Position numbers and translations under genes: made by a program
Notes under the pieces: model-generated
Told to the model about the DNA's origin: nothing
The model's database searches: none
What the model saw: the letters and a program-made list of their open reading frames with translations, nothing else
Origin: Bacteroidota bacterium
Lineage (GTDB): Bacteria > Bacteroidota > Ignavibacteria > UBA10030 > UBA8401
Direction: 5' to 3'
NCBI GenBank assembly: GCA_008933835.1
Contig: WBUG01000001.1
Coordinates: 56,423 to 120,422, forward strand
DNA: 64,000 nucleotides
Shown here: positions 11,130-21,623 of the stretch, one piece after another
Layout: each line of letters begins with the position of its first letter
How positions within the stretch are numbered: position 1 is the stretch's first letter

Positions 11130-12230
11130 ATGAACGATGCTATGATCGTCGAAACACGATACCAGGACCTCTACACGCCGGACGACCCGTTCACCATGGA
11201 GTCCGGAGCGACGCTCCCGAACGTCACGGTCGCCTACGAGACGTACGGAACGCTCGACGCGTCCGGAACGAACGCTGTACTGGTGTGCCATGCCTTGACC
11301 GGCAGCGCACATGCCGCGGGGCTTCATCCCGGCGAATCGACGCCGGGCGGCTGGTGGGATTCGTTCATCGGCCCCGGCAAGCCGCTCGATACGGAACGCT
11401 TCTTCGTCATCTGTTCCAACTTCCTCGGAAGCTGCTACGGGACCACCGGTCCGCTCTCCATCGACCCGTCGACAGGACGGCCGTACGGGATGACCTTTCC
11501 GCAGATGACCGTGCGCGACATGGTGACCGTGCAGAAGCGTCTCATCGACCAGCTGGGGGTGCGTCAGCTCCGCACGGTCATCGGCGGTTCGCTCGGCGGA
11601 ATGCAGGTGCTCGAATGGGGAGTGATGTTCCCGGACTCGGTCGCATCCCTCATCCCCATCGCGACGTCAGCGCAGCATTCCGCCTGGAGCGTCGGACTGA
11701 ACGATATCGGCCGCCAGGCGATCATGAACGATCCCGATTGGCGCGGAGGGGAGTACCATGGACACGGCCAGCCGCGCCGCGGTCTCTCCCTCGCTCGGCA
11801 GGTGGCGATGATGTCGTACCGGAGCGAACGGGAGTTCGCCGGCCGTTTCGGACGCGCGAAGCGGCAGGAGAACGGTGACCGGTTCGATCCGGAGAACATC
11901 TTTCAGGTGGAAAGCTACCTCCGGCATCAGGGGAAGAAACTGGTGGACCGGTTCGACGCGAACACCTACCTGTACATCACCCGTGCGATGGACCTGCACG
12001 ACGTCGCGTACGGCCGGGGAGCGCTCCCGGACGTGCTTGCCTCGGTCCGTCATCCCGCCCTCTGCATCGGCATCGATTCGGACATCCTGTATCCCGCCCA
12101 CGAGCAGCGCTCCATCGCCGAAGCCCTTCTCTCGGCCGAATACCGCGAGATCGCCTCCCCGTACGGCCACGATGCGTTCCTCATCGAGTTCGAACAGATG
12201 GCCTCCTTCGTCCGGGAGTTCCTCCGGTAA
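11130..12230 (+). CDS. metX: Homoserine O-acetyltransferase
   Basis: VCHALTG, GWW, IGGSLGGM nucleophile elbow, RFDANTY, GHDAFL. Confidence 0.94.
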   Translation: MNDAMIVETRYQDLYTPDDPFTMESGATLPNVTVAYETYGTLDASGTNAVLVCHALTGSAHAAGLHPGESTPGGWWDSFIGPGKPLDTERFFVICSNFLGSCYGTTGPLSIDPSTGRPYGMTFPQMTVRDMVTVQKRLIDQLGVRQLRTVIGGSLGGMQVLEWGVMFPDSVASLIPIATSAQHSAWSVGLNDIGRQAIMNDPDWRGGEYHGHGQPRRGLSLARQVAMMSYRSEREFAGRFGRAKRQENGDRFDPENIFQVESYLRHQGKKLVDRFDANTYLYITRAMDLHDVAYGRGALPDVLASVRHPALCIGIDSDILYPAHEQRSIAEALLSAEYREIASPYGHDAFLIEFEQMASFVREFLR

Positions 12231-12240
12231 CGATCCTCTT

Positions 12241-12263
12241 TCCCGTCCAGCGGGATTTTTTTT
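12241..12263 (+). terminator. Terminator after metX
   Basis: TCCCG-tccag-CGGGA followed by T8. Confidence 0.6.
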
Positions 12264-12306
12264 CTCCCGTAAATTCTTTATTTTGAAGGAGAAAGAGAGT
12301 GCCCGC

Positions 12307-13623
12307 ATGCCTGTTCCCTTAGTGGCCATCGTCGGACGGCCCAACGTCGGTAAATCAACGCTGTTCAACCGCATCATCGGTGCCCAGACCGCCATCGTTC
12401 ACGATGAGCCCGGGGTCACCCGCGACCGTCATTACGGTACGGCGGAGTGGACAGGGAAGCGGTTCATGCTCATCGACACCGGCGGGTTCGTCCCCGATTC
12501 GGACGAAGTGTTCGAGAAGGCCATCCGCGAACAGTCGCACATCGCCATCAACGAGGCGGACAAGGTCCTCTTCGTCGCCGACGGACGGGAAGGACTGACC
12601 CCCATCGACCGGGAGATCGCTCTCATCCTCCGCAAGGCGAACAAGAAGGTGCTGCTGGTGGTGAACAAGGTCGACGCGGCGAAGGACGAACACACCGGCG
12701 CGGTGTTCCACCGGCTCGGTCTCGGCGACCCGTACACCATCGGCGCGCTCGGCGGACGGAAGATCGGCGATTTCCTCGATGACCTCACCGCTGACTTCGC
12801 GCTGCAGGAGGGGGACGGGCCGGACGACCAGCAGCTGCGTATCGCCGTCATCGGCAAACCGAACGTCGGAAAGTCCTCCCTCGTCAACGCGCTGCTCGGC
12901 GAAGAGCGCGCCATCGTCACTCCCGTCGCCGGCACCACGCGGGACCCCATCGACTCCGTCATCCGGCACTTCGGCGAGGACATCCTCCTCGTCGACACCG
13001 CCGGCCTCATGCGCAAGAGCCGCATCCGCGAGAACGTCGATTTCTATTCCACCATCCGCACCATGAAGGCCATCGACCGCTGCAACCTCGCGGTGGTGAT
13101 GCTCGACGCCAGCGAACCGCTGGAGAAGCAGGACCTGCGCATCGTACAGACCGCCGTGGAGAAGAACATCGGCATCGTCGTGGCGGTGAACAAATGGGAC
13201 GCGGTGGAGAAGGACCCGACGACCGCCAAGCTGTACGAGGAGACCCTCCGTACGAAGCTCCGCACCTACGGGTACATTCCCGTCATCTTCATCTCCGCCA
13301 AATCGAAGCAGCGCATCTTCAAATTGCTCGACCTGGCGAAGAAGGTGCACGCCAACCGCGGCATGCGCATCCCGACCAGTTCCGTGAACGAACGGCTGCT
13401 GGCGGACATCCAGCGGTACCCGCCCTCCACCAAGACCGGCAAGGACATCCGGCTCAACTACGTCACCCAGGTGAAGTCCGCGCCGCCGGTCTTCGCCTTC
13501 TTCGCCAACGAACCGCAGCTCGTCACGGAAGTGTACAAACGCTACCTCGAGAACCGCATCCGCGAGCACTTCGGGTTCGACGGCGTTCCCCTGACGCTCG
13601 TCTTCAAACGCAAACGAAAATGA
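12307..13623 (+). CDS. der: Ribosome biogenesis GTPase Der (EngA)
   Basis: Two GTPase domains (GRPNVGKS/DTGG/NKVD and GKPNVGKS/DTAG/NKWD) and a KH-like C-terminus; start ATG 12307. Confidence 0.96.
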   Translation: MPVPLVAIVGRPNVGKSTLFNRIIGAQTAIVHDEPGVTRDRHYGTAEWTGKRFMLIDTGGFVPDSDEVFEKAIREQSHIAINEADKVLFVADGREGLTPIDREIALILRKANKKVLLVVNKVDAAKDEHTGAVFHRLGLGDPYTIGALGGRKIGDFLDDLTADFALQEGDGPDDQQLRIAVIGKPNVGKSSLVNALLGEERAIVTPVAGTTRDPIDSVIRHFGEDILLVDTAGLMRKSRIRENVDFYSTIRTMKAIDRCNLAVVMLDASEPLEKQDLRIVQTAVEKNIGIVVAVNKWDAVEKDPTTAKLYEETLRTKLRTYGYIPVIFISAKSKQRIFKLLDLAKKVHANRGMRIPTSSVNERLLADIQRYPPSTKTGKDIRLNYVTQVKSAPPVFAFFANEPQLVTEVYKRYLENRIREHFGFDGVPLTLVFKRKRK

Positions 13624-13642
13624 ACACCATCCGCGAGGACCT

Positions 13643-14269
13643 ATGGGCAATGTGACCGTCATCGACCACCCGCTCGTACAGCGCGACCTCGCCATCCTCC
13701 GGGACCGGAACACGCCCAACCAGCTCTTCCGCACCGTGCTCTCCCGCGTCGCCGGTATGATGGCCTTCGTCGTCACCCACGATTTCGCCGTCACGACCTA
13801 TCAGCTCGAGACGCCGCTCGAACGGACCAAGGGCCTGCGGCTCAAGAACGACATCGTCATCGTTCCGGTGCTCCGCGCCGGTCTCGGGATGGTGGAAGGC
13901 TTCATGAACGTGCTTCCCGAAGCGCGCGTAGGTCACGTCGGACTGTACCGGGACGAGGAGACGCTCGAGCCGGTGGACTACTACTCCAAGTTCCCCAAGA
14001 CGCTCGCCAAGAGCCTCGTCCTCCTCATCGATCCGATGCTCGCCACCGGCGGCAGCGGCAAAGCGGCGCTCACCTTCCTGAAGACGAAAGGGGCGAAGAA
14101 CATCCGCTTCGTGTGTCTGGTCGCCTCGCCCGCCGGCATCAAGATCGTGGAGAAGAACCATCCGGACGTTCCCATCTACTGCGCGTCGGTGGACCGCGGA
14201 CTGAACCGTCGCGGCTACATCCTGCCCGGACTGGGTGACGCCGGCGACCGCGTCTTCGGAACGGAGTGA
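13643..14269 (+). CDS. upp: Uracil phosphoribosyltransferase
   Basis: VPVLRAGLGM, DPMLATGGS, YILPGLGDAGDRVFGT. Confidence 0.97.
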   Translation: MGNVTVIDHPLVQRDLAILRDRNTPNQLFRTVLSRVAGMMAFVVTHDFAVTTYQLETPLERTKGLRLKNDIVIVPVLRAGLGMVEGFMNVLPEARVGHVGLYRDEETLEPVDYYSKFPKTLAKSLVLLIDPMLATGGSGKAALTFLKTKGAKNIRFVCLVASPAGIKIVEKNHPDVPIYCASVDRGLNRRGYILPGLGDAGDRVFGTE

Positions 14270-14273
14270 ACCG

Positions 14274-15272
14274 GTGAGATCGCTGGTCATCGCCGCCGTC
14301 CTGTTCGTCTCGACGGCATCCGGGCAGTTGCTTCCGGACCAGCGCCAGCACGGGCTCCTCGTCACCGGCATCCGCCTCACGCTGGAACAGCGGTACGATT
14401 CTGCCGAAACCGTCTTCCGTTCCATGATCCGGGAGTGGCCCGCGCACCCTTCCGGGTACCTCTACCTGGCCGGCATGATGCAGGCGCGCACCACCGATTA
14501 CGGCGACACGTTCAACGAGCGGCGGTACGATTCGCTCCTCTCCGCCGCGGCGGAGCTCGGCGAACGGATGGCGGAGCAGGAGGGGGGGGAGGCCGCCGGT
14601 CTCTACTACCAGGGGGCGTCCGATGCGTTCCGCTCCTTCACCGCGTCCGAAGGGGGGAATCTCCCGACCGGATTCTATTACGGCGTGAGCGCCGGCGGAC
14701 TCCTCGAGCGTTGTCTTGAGGCGGACCCGTCGTACACGCAGGCGCGGAACATCCTCGGCGCCTACTACTACTGGCGCAGCAAACTGGCCTGGATCCCGTT
14801 CGTGACCGACCGGACGGAAGAGGGGATCTCGTTCATCAAGCAGACGCTCTCCCATCCGTACGAGCGGCACCTCGCCTCGCACAACCTGATGCTGGTGCTC
14901 ATCGACGAGGAACGGTACGCCGATGCGGAGTCGTACGGTCTGGCGATGCTCGCGCAGTATCCGGACAACCGCTCCTTCCTCTGGAACATGGTGACGGTCT
15001 ATGAACGCTGGGGCCGCCGCCGCGAGCTCGACGCCGTCGTCCGCCGCCTGCTGGACAGCGCGCTCCGGGCGCCGGTCGTCAACCGGTACACCGAGGCGAT
15101 GTGCCGGCTGAAGATGGCGCAGTACGCCTTCTCCCTCGGCGACCGCGGCACAGCGCGGCGCGAATGCCGGGCCGTGCTCGATCTGCGGCCGTACATCGGC
15201 CGCACGCGGGGCGACCTCCGGGCGAAGGTCTCGGCGGCCGAACGGCTCCTCTCCGACATGGACGAACGATAA
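14274..15272 (+). CDS. Secreted TPR-like hypothetical protein
   Basis: GTG start, signal-peptide-like VRSLVIAAVLFVSTASG, and helical repeats; the stop overlaps the rel start. Confidence 0.65.
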   Translation: MRSLVIAAVLFVSTASGQLLPDQRQHGLLVTGIRLTLEQRYDSAETVFRSMIREWPAHPSGYLYLAGMMQARTTDYGDTFNERRYDSLLSAAAELGERMAEQEGGEAAGLYYQGASDAFRSFTASEGGNLPTGFYYGVSAGGLLERCLEADPSYTQARNILGAYYYWRSKLAWIPFVTDRTEEGISFIKQTLSHPYERHLASHNLMLVLIDEERYADAESYGLAMLAQYPDNRSFLWNMVTVYERWGRRRELDAVVRRLLDSALRAPVVNRYTEAMCRLKMAQYAFSLGDRGTARRECRAVLDLRPYIGRTRGDLRAKVSAAERLLSDMDER

Positions 15273-17461
15273 TGCTGCAGGCGAAGTACAAGAAGAAGCT
15301 CGACGACCTCCTGGCGGTGTGCCACAAGAACCTCCGGAAGGTCAACGACGACCTCATCATCCGCGCGTTCGAAATGAGCGTGGAGGCGCACAAGCACGAC
15401 CTCCGCAGTTCCGGCGAACCGTACTTCGGCCATCCGTTCGAGGTGGCGATGGTGGTGGCGAAGGAGATCGCGCTGGACGACGTCACCGTCGCCTCGGCGC
15501 TGCTCCACGATGTGGTGGAGGACACCGAGATCGAGATCGACGGCATCCGGCGGGAGTTCGGCGACACCATCGCCGAGATCGTGGACGGCGCGACCAAGAT
15601 CAGCAACATCTTCGAGAGCCACGAGATCACCCAGGCGGAGAACTACCGGAAGCTCCTCCTCTCCATGGTGAACGACATCCGCGTGATGATCGTGAAGTTC
15701 GCCGACCGCCTCCACAACATGCGGACCCTCGAGTACCTTCCCGCCGAGAAACAGCAGCGCATCGCCAAGGAGACGCTCGACATCTACGCGCCGTTCGCCC
15801 ACCGCTTCGGTCTGGCGAAGATCAAGTGGGAGCTGGAGGACCTCGCGTTCAAGCACCTCCACCGCAGCGAGTATGAAGAGATCTCCCATTCGCTCAACGC
15901 CAAACGGCGCGAGCGGGAGCATTATATCCGCAAGTTCATCGTCCCCATCGAGAACCGCCTCCGGCAGGAGGGGCTGCAGTTCACCATCGAAGGACGGCCG
16001 AAACACTTCTACAGCATCTACAACAAGATGATGAAGCGCAACAAGCCGTTCGACGAGATCTACGATATGTTCGCCGTGCGCGTCATCCTCGACACCGAGG
16101 AGAACAACGCCTGCTTCACCGTGTACGGCATCGTCTCCGAGATCTACAAGCCCATCCCGGAGCGGTTCAAGAACTACATCTCCATCCCGAAGAAGAACGG
16201 CTACCAGTCCCTCCACACCACCGTGGTGGGTCCGGAGGGGAAGATGGTGGAGGTGCAGATACGCACCCGGCAGATGCACGAGATCGCCGAACGCGGCGTG
16301 GCCGCGCACTGGTACTATAAAGAGAACGGCTCGCAGGCGCCGCTGGACCGCGAACTCGAGAACTGGATCAACTGGGTGCGCGAGATGTTCGACCAGAAGC
16401 AGGGGGAGGACGTCTCGCCGAAGGAGCTCATCGAGAGCTTCAAACTGAACCTGTACCAGGACGAGATCTACGTCTTCACGCCGAAGGGGGACCTGAAGAT
16501 CCTTCCGAAGAACGCCACGGCGATCGACTTCGCCTTCGAGATCCATTCGGACGTCGGGTTCCACACCATCGGCGCCAAGGTGAACGGCCGCATCGTCCCG
16601 CTCAACACCATCCTCCGCAGCGGCGACCAGGTGGAGATCATCACCTCCAAGAAACAGAAGCCGAACCGGGACTGGGACAAGTTCGCCATCACCCACAAGG
16701 CGAAGGCGCACATCCGCCGCTACTTCAAGGAGGAGGAACGCCGGCTGGCGGAGCAGGGGCGGGAGGTGTGGGAGAAGAAGGCGCGCAAGGCGAAGCTGCA
16801 CATCAACGACGACGAGCTCACGAAGTTCGTCCATACCAGGCGGTTCGACAACCTCACGGCGTTCTTCCTCGCCATCCAGATGGAGCAGATCGACGTGGAC
16901 ATCGTCATCGCCGAGATCATGGACGCCGGCAAGAGCGCGCTCCCGGAACAGCGGCCGGAGGAGACCGGCTCCCTCTTCAACAAGTTCGTCGACACCGCCC
17001 GCAGCATCACGAGCGGCATCTCCATCTTCGGCACCAAGGGTGACCTGCTCTACAACTACGCGAAGTGCTGCAACCCCATCCCGGGGGACGACATCATCGG
17101 TTACGTCACCACCGGCGAAGGCATCAAGATCCACCGCCGTTCGTGCCGGAACATGCAGTCCATGCTCAACAATGGTGAGGAGCGCATCGTCCACGTCGAA
17201 TGGCCGGACGCCACCTCCAGCGACTACATCGCCGGCATCCGCATCTCGGGGGAGGACCGCAAAGGTCTTCTCACCGAGGTCACGGACGCCATCTCGAACT
17301 ATGACAACACCAACATCCGGAGCGTGAACATCAGCACCAAGGACACGATGTTCGACGGACAGTTCGTCGTGTACGTCCGGAACATCGAACACCTGAACGG
17401 CATCATCGAACGGCTGCGCCGGGTGCGGAACGTCTCCAAAGTGGAGCGCTTCGATGAGTGA
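15272..17461 (+). CDS. rel: Bifunctional (p)ppGpp synthetase/hydrolase (RelA/SpoT)
   Basis: RSSGEPYFGHP, intact LLHDVVEDT hydrolase motif, ADRLHNMRTL, GYQSLHT, EVQIRT, and TGS, CC and ACT domains. Confidence 0.95.
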   Translation: MLQAKYKKKLDDLLAVCHKNLRKVNDDLIIRAFEMSVEAHKHDLRSSGEPYFGHPFEVAMVVAKEIALDDVTVASALLHDVVEDTEIEIDGIRREFGDTIAEIVDGATKISNIFESHEITQAENYRKLLLSMVNDIRVMIVKFADRLHNMRTLEYLPAEKQQRIAKETLDIYAPFAHRFGLAKIKWELEDLAFKHLHRSEYEEISHSLNAKRREREHYIRKFIVPIENRLRQEGLQFTIEGRPKHFYSIYNKMMKRNKPFDEIYDMFAVRVILDTEENNACFTVYGIVSEIYKPIPERFKNYISIPKKNGYQSLHTTVVGPEGKMVEVQIRTRQMHEIAERGVAAHWYYKENGSQAPLDRELENWINWVREMFDQKQGEDVSPKELIESFKLNLYQDEIYVFTPKGDLKILPKNATAIDFAFEIHSDVGFHTIGAKVNGRIVPLNTILRSGDQVEIITSKKQKPNRDWDKFAITHKAKAHIRRYFKEEERRLAEQGREVWEKKARKAKLHINDDELTKFVHTRRFDNLTAFFLAIQMEQIDVDIVIAEIMDAGKSALPEQRPEETGSLFNKFVDTARSITSGISIFGTKGDLLYNYAKCCNPIPGDDIIGYVTTGEGIKIHRRSCRNMQSMLNNGEERIVHVEWPDATSSDYIAGIRISGEDRKGLLTEVTDAISNYDNTNIRSVNISTKDTMFDGQFVVYVRNIEHLNGIIERLRRVRNVSKVERFDE

Positions 17462-17888
17462 ACCCCTCTCCCGGGCGATGGGCATCGACTACGGCGCTGT
17501 GCGCGTCGGCGTTTCCCTCAGCGATCCGCTCCGCATCATCGCGCAGGGCCTCACCACGCTCCCCAACGACGGCCGGCTCCTCGACGAGCTCGTCCGCCTC
17601 ATCGGCGAACACGGTGTCGGCACCGTCGTCATCGGCAATCCGCTCCACCTCAGCGGCCGCGAGAGCGAATCGTCCGTCGCCGCCGTCCGCTTCGCCGACG
17701 CGCTCCGTGCCCGCACACAGGCCGAATGCGTGCTCGTCGACGAGCGCTTCACCTCCGTCATCGCCCATCAGACCCTCCGCACCATGGGCACCACCCGGAA
17801 ACAGCGCCGCGACAAGGGGCGCGTGGACGAGATGGCCTCCGCCATCCTGCTGCAGGGGTATCTGGACCGTTCCTCCCGCCATGGATGA
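17454..17888 (+). CDS. ruvX: Pre-16S rRNA nuclease / Holliday junction resolvase-like YqgF
   Basis: GIDYGAVRVGVSLSD, VDERFTS, VDEMASAILLQGYL. Confidence 0.93.
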   Translation: MSEPLSRAMGIDYGAVRVGVSLSDPLRIIAQGLTTLPNDGRLLDELVRLIGEHGVGTVVIGNPLHLSGRESESSVAAVRFADALRARTQAECVLVDERFTSVIAHQTLRTMGTTRKQRRDKGRVDEMASAILLQGYLDRSSRHG

Positions 17889-18624
17889 ACTGAAGGCCGT
17901 CATCGTGCAGCGGTTCCGCGACGGACGGACGTGGGCGAACCGACACCGTGTGGCCGCCGCCGGCATCGCGCTGGCGTCGCTCCTCTTCCTGCAGTACCTC
18001 TTCCTTCCGAACAACAGCCTGCAGTCGCTCCGGAAACAGAATCCGAAACGGACCGCGATGATGGAGCAGCGCATCGAAGAGGCGGAGGAGGCCGGCAAAC
18101 CGTTCGCCATCGCGCAGCAGTGGGTCCCGCTTTCGCGCATATCGCGGCATCTCGTCAACGCGGTCATCGTTTCGGAGGACGGTACGTTCTACGAACACGA
18201 GGGAGTGGACTGGTACGAACTGGAAGAGTCCATCAGGAAGAACCTCGCGAAAGGGAAGGCGGCGCGCGGCGGCTCCACCATCTCGCAGCAGCTCGCCAAG
18301 AACCTCTTCCTCTCCACCTCCAAGGACCCGGTGCGCAAGTTCAAGGAGCTCGTCATCACGCTCCGGATGGAGCGCACCCTGTCCAAACGGCGTATCCTGG
18401 AACTGTACCTCAATCTCATCGAATGGGGGGACGGCGTCTTCGGCGCCGAAGCGGCCGCGAAGCGGTACTTCGGCAAGTCCGCCGCGAACCTCACGCGCGA
18501 AGAGGCGGCGCGGATGGCCGCGGTCATCCCGAGTCCGCGCCGTCACCGGCCCGATGCCGCGTCGCGCTACGTCCTTCGCCGCACCTCCGTCATCCTGGAA
18601 CGGATGTCGGCCCGGGGGTATTGA
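17881..18624 (+). CDS. mtgA: Monofunctional peptidoglycan transglycosylase
   Basis: SEDGTFYEHEGVD, RGGSTISQQLAKNLFL, RILELYLN; N-terminal TM helix. Confidence 0.93.
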   Translation: MDELKAVIVQRFRDGRTWANRHRVAAAGIALASLLFLQYLFLPNNSLQSLRKQNPKRTAMMEQRIEEAEEAGKPFAIAQQWVPLSRISRHLVNAVIVSEDGTFYEHEGVDWYELEESIRKNLAKGKAARGGSTISQQLAKNLFLSTSKDPVRKFKELVITLRMERTLSKRRILELYLNLIEWGDGVFGAEAAAKRYFGKSAANLTREEAARMAAVIPSPRRHRPDAASRYVLRRTSVILERMSARGY

Positions 18625-19316
18625 TGCGTCTGCGCGATGTGGTGAACCTCGTGGAGGAGGGGGAAGGTTTCGAACTGGAGTTCAAGCGGAAGGTATCGTC
18701 GCCGGAGAAGATCGCCCGGACCCTCTCCGCGTTCGCCAACACCGGCGGGGGCATCATCCTCTTCGGCGTGGACGACGACGGGTCCCTCGTGGGTGTGGAC
18801 AGCGAGAAGACCGAAGCGGACCTGCTCCGTCACGCGGCCGACCATCACTGCGATCCCCCTGTCCCCATCAGCGTCGAGTACGTACCGTACCATCACCGGG
18901 ACATCATCGTGGTGTCGGTGGAGGAGAGCGGGGAGAAGCCGCACTTCGTCGTCAACGATGGGGAGGAGGACCGTGCGTACATCCGTGTGAAGGATACCAC
19001 CGTCATCGCGAGCCGCGAGGTGGTGAAGGTGCTGCGGGACGAACGGGCGGAGAGGGGATTGACCGTCTCCATCGGCGAGAACGAGAAGCGTCTGTTCGCA
19101 TACCTTGAGACGCACGACCGCATCACGGTGAAGGAGTTCGCTTCCGCCGTCAACGTGTCCGAGCGGAGGGCATCGCGCATCCTCACCACGCTCGTGCGGG
19201 CGGGGGTCATCCGCATCCATACGCTCGAAAAGACCGACTACTTCACGCTCGCATCCCCTGCCGAAGGATCCGCACCGCGTCGTACATCACCACGCCATAC
19301 GCCACCGCGACGTTGA
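18624..19316 (+). CDS. AlbA_2/Schlafen-domain protein with C-terminal wHTH
   Basis: EGEGFELEFK and LSAFANTGGGIILFGVDDDG; C-terminal ITVKEFA..VNVSERRASRIL. Confidence 0.8.
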   Translation: MRLRDVVNLVEEGEGFELEFKRKVSSPEKIARTLSAFANTGGGIILFGVDDDGSLVGVDSEKTEADLLRHAADHHCDPPVPISVEYVPYHHRDIIVVSVEESGEKPHFVVNDGEEDRAYIRVKDTTVIASREVVKVLRDERAERGLTVSIGENEKRLFAYLETHDRITVKEFASAVNVSERRASRILTTLVRAGVIRIHTLEKTDYFTLASPAEGSAPRRTSPRHTPPRR

Positions 19317-19788
19317 GAGACTGCTTGTGGCCGTACATCGGTATCTCCACCGCCATGTCCGCCGCCGCCATCACGTCCTTTGAGACGCCGGTGAGCTCGT
19401 TCCCGAAGGCGAAGCAGAGCGGAAAGTCCGCCGGTTGCAGTTCATAGTGCGGCCGTCCGGCATCCGTCAGTTCCACCGCACACAGCCGCACGCCGGAGGC
19501 GCGGAGCTCGCGCACCGCATCCATCGGGTCCTGATAATGCTGCCACGGAACGGTCAACGTCGCTCCCAGAGCCGTCTTGTCGATCTCCCGCCGCGGCGGG
19601 GCAGGGGTGTATCCGGTCAACAGCAGTTTCCGGACAAGCGCGCCGTCCGAACTGCGGAAGATGGAGCCGACGTTGTAGAGACTGCGGACATTGTCGATGA
19701 GGGCATAGAGGGGATGGCGGATCGCATCGCTGATTTGTTCCGGTTTCTTACGGTTTTCAGCGATTTCATCGTGGCTCAATTTACGCAT
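19243..19788 (-). CDS. TrmH/SpoU-family RNA methyltransferase
   Basis: DNVRSLYNVGSIFRS, FGNE.TG, EIPMYG.KQSLNVAVA. Confidence 0.92.
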   Translation of the reverse strand: MRKLSHDEIAENRKKPEQISDAIRHPLYALIDNVRSLYNVGSIFRSSDGALVRKLLLTGYTPAPPRREIDKTALGATLTVPWQHYQDPMDAVRELRASGVRLCAVELTDAGRPHYELQPADFPLCFAFGNELTGVSKDVMAAADMAVEIPMYGHKQSLNVAVAYGVVMYDAVRILRQGMRA

Positions 19789-19865
19789 CGGTCGGGAGAT
19801 TCTCTTTTGAAAAAAGGGACAATTTGGTTATCTTATAGTTCAATTTAAGCGAAATTATCCGAGTT

Positions 19866-20573
19866 TTGAAGAAAATTATCATCGCCATCGACGGTCCTGC
19901 TGCTTCGGGGAAGAGCACGACAGCGAGGCTGGTCGCGCAGCGGTTGCAGTACCTTCATATCGACACCGGAGCGATGTACCGGGCGATGGCGTTGAAGGTC
20001 CTGCGGAGCGGGATACATCCGGACGACAGGGAAGCTGTCGCACGGCTCGCCCGCACGACGACCGTCCGCCTTGTGCCGGCTGAACCCGGTTCACAGAAGG
20101 TCCGTGTGGAGCTGGACGGCGCGGCGGTGACCGATGAGATCCGGCTGCCCGAAGTGACCGGCATCGTCAGTCCGGTCAGCACCATCGCCGATGTGCGCGC
20201 ACTGATGGTGAAGGAACAGCGGGCGATGGGACGGGAGGGGGGCATCGTGCTGGAAGGCCGCGACATCGGTACGGTGGTCTTCCCTCAAGCGGAACTGAAG
20301 GTCTTCATGAAGGCCGAACCCCGCGAGCGGGCGAGGCGCCGGGGGATGGAACTGAAAGAGAAAGGGCTCGATGTGCCGCTCGAATCGCTCGAAGCGGACA
20401 TCATCGAACGGGACCGCATCGATTCGCAGAGGGCGCTGAGTCCGCTGCGCCGGGCCGATGATGCGGTGGAGGTGGACACGACGGACATGACCATCGAGCA
20501 GCAGGTGGAGTTCATCGTGCGGAAAGCGGAGGAGCGCATCGCTCGCTCCAAGGACGGGAAGACGGAAGCATGA
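19866..20573 (+). CDS. cmk: Cytidylate kinase
   Basis: IAIDGPAASGKST, DTGAMYR, EGRDIGTVVFP; TTG start. Confidence 0.96.
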   Translation: MKKIIIAIDGPAASGKSTTARLVAQRLQYLHIDTGAMYRAMALKVLRSGIHPDDREAVARLARTTTVRLVPAEPGSQKVRVELDGAAVTDEIRLPEVTGIVSPVSTIADVRALMVKEQRAMGREGGIVLEGRDIGTVVFPQAELKVFMKAEPRERARRRGMELKEKGLDVPLESLEADIIERDRIDSQRALSPLRRADDAVEVDTTDMTIEQQVEFIVRKAEERIARSKDGKTEA

Positions 20574-21451
20574 AGGTCACGGTCGACGGTCATTCGGGAT
20601 TCTGCTGGGGCGTGGTCCGCACGGTGGACATCGCCGAACAGGAGCTCGGCGATACGGGAAAACTCTATTCGCTGGGCGAGATCATCCATAACCCGGTCGA
20701 GATCGGACGGCTGGAGGAGAAGGGACTGCGCACCATCCGGCACGGCGACCTCGCCACCGTGAAGGACGCCAAAGTGCTCATCCGCGCGCATGGGGAGCCG
20801 CCGGAGACCTTCCGGAAGATGAAGGAGCTCGGCATCACCGTCATCGACGCCACCTGTCCGGTGGTGACGAAGGTGCAGGAGCGCATCCGGAAGTTCTACG
20901 ACCGGAAATACCAGATCGTCATCTTCGGTAAGAAGGACCATGCCGAGGTCATCGGCCTCGTCGGCCACACGAACGGTACCGCCGTGGTCGTCAAATCGGT
21001 GGAGGAGCTGGACGCGCTGGACTTCACGCGGAACACCGTCCTCTTCTCCCAGACGACGATGGACAAGGAGACCTTCTACGCCATCCGCGACGCCATCCGG
21101 GCGCGCATCCGTGCGGAGTTCGAGGTCGGCACGTTCGAGGAGATGGCGGTCGATTTCCACGCGAAGGACACCATTTGCGGACAGGTCTCCGGCCGCGAAA
21201 AGAAACTGCGCGAGTTCGCGCGGAGCAACGACGTGGTCCTCTTCGTGGCGGGCCGCATGAGCTCGAACGGCAAGGTGTTGTACGAGATCGCGCGCTCCGA
21301 GAATCCGCGGACCCATTTCATCGAGGACGAATCCGAACTGAAGGACGAGTGGTTCACCGGAGCGGCCACCGTCGGCGTCAGCGGCGCCACGTCGACCCCG
21401 CAATGGCTGATGGAGCGGGTCCGGAAGGCGGTCGAAGAGCGGTATCATTGA
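20570..21451 (+). CDS. ispH: 4-hydroxy-3-methylbut-2-enyl diphosphate reductase
   Basis: GFCWGV, IIHN, IRAHG, DATCP, TIC, SSN, GATSTP. Confidence 0.95.
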   Translation: MKVTVDGHSGFCWGVVRTVDIAEQELGDTGKLYSLGEIIHNPVEIGRLEEKGLRTIRHGDLATVKDAKVLIRAHGEPPETFRKMKELGITVIDATCPVVTKVQERIRKFYDRKYQIVIFGKKDHAEVIGLVGHTNGTAVVVKSVEELDALDFTRNTVLFSQTTMDKETFYAIRDAIRARIRAEFEVGTFEEMAVDFHAKDTICGQVSGREKKLREFARSNDVVLFVAGRMSSNGKVLYEIARSENPRTHFIEDESELKDEWFTGAATVGVSGATSTPQWLMERVRKAVEERYH

Positions 21452-21623
21452 ATGTGTCCGGGCGAGCGGAACGCCCGGCAGGAACGTTTCACAGGTCATC
21501 CGCAATCACGAACCCAATCACCAAACGATATCGCCGACGTCACAGGGCGAACCGGATCCGATGACCGTCCGGGGAGACCGGGATGACGGCGGCAGAACCC
21601 CGCAAGGGGCGCGAAAGGCTCTC

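Noticed and set aside
21452-21623. Structured rpsA leader with hairpins
   Set aside because: Probably an ordinary S1 autoregulatory leader; I cannot match it to a defined RNA family from sequence alone.
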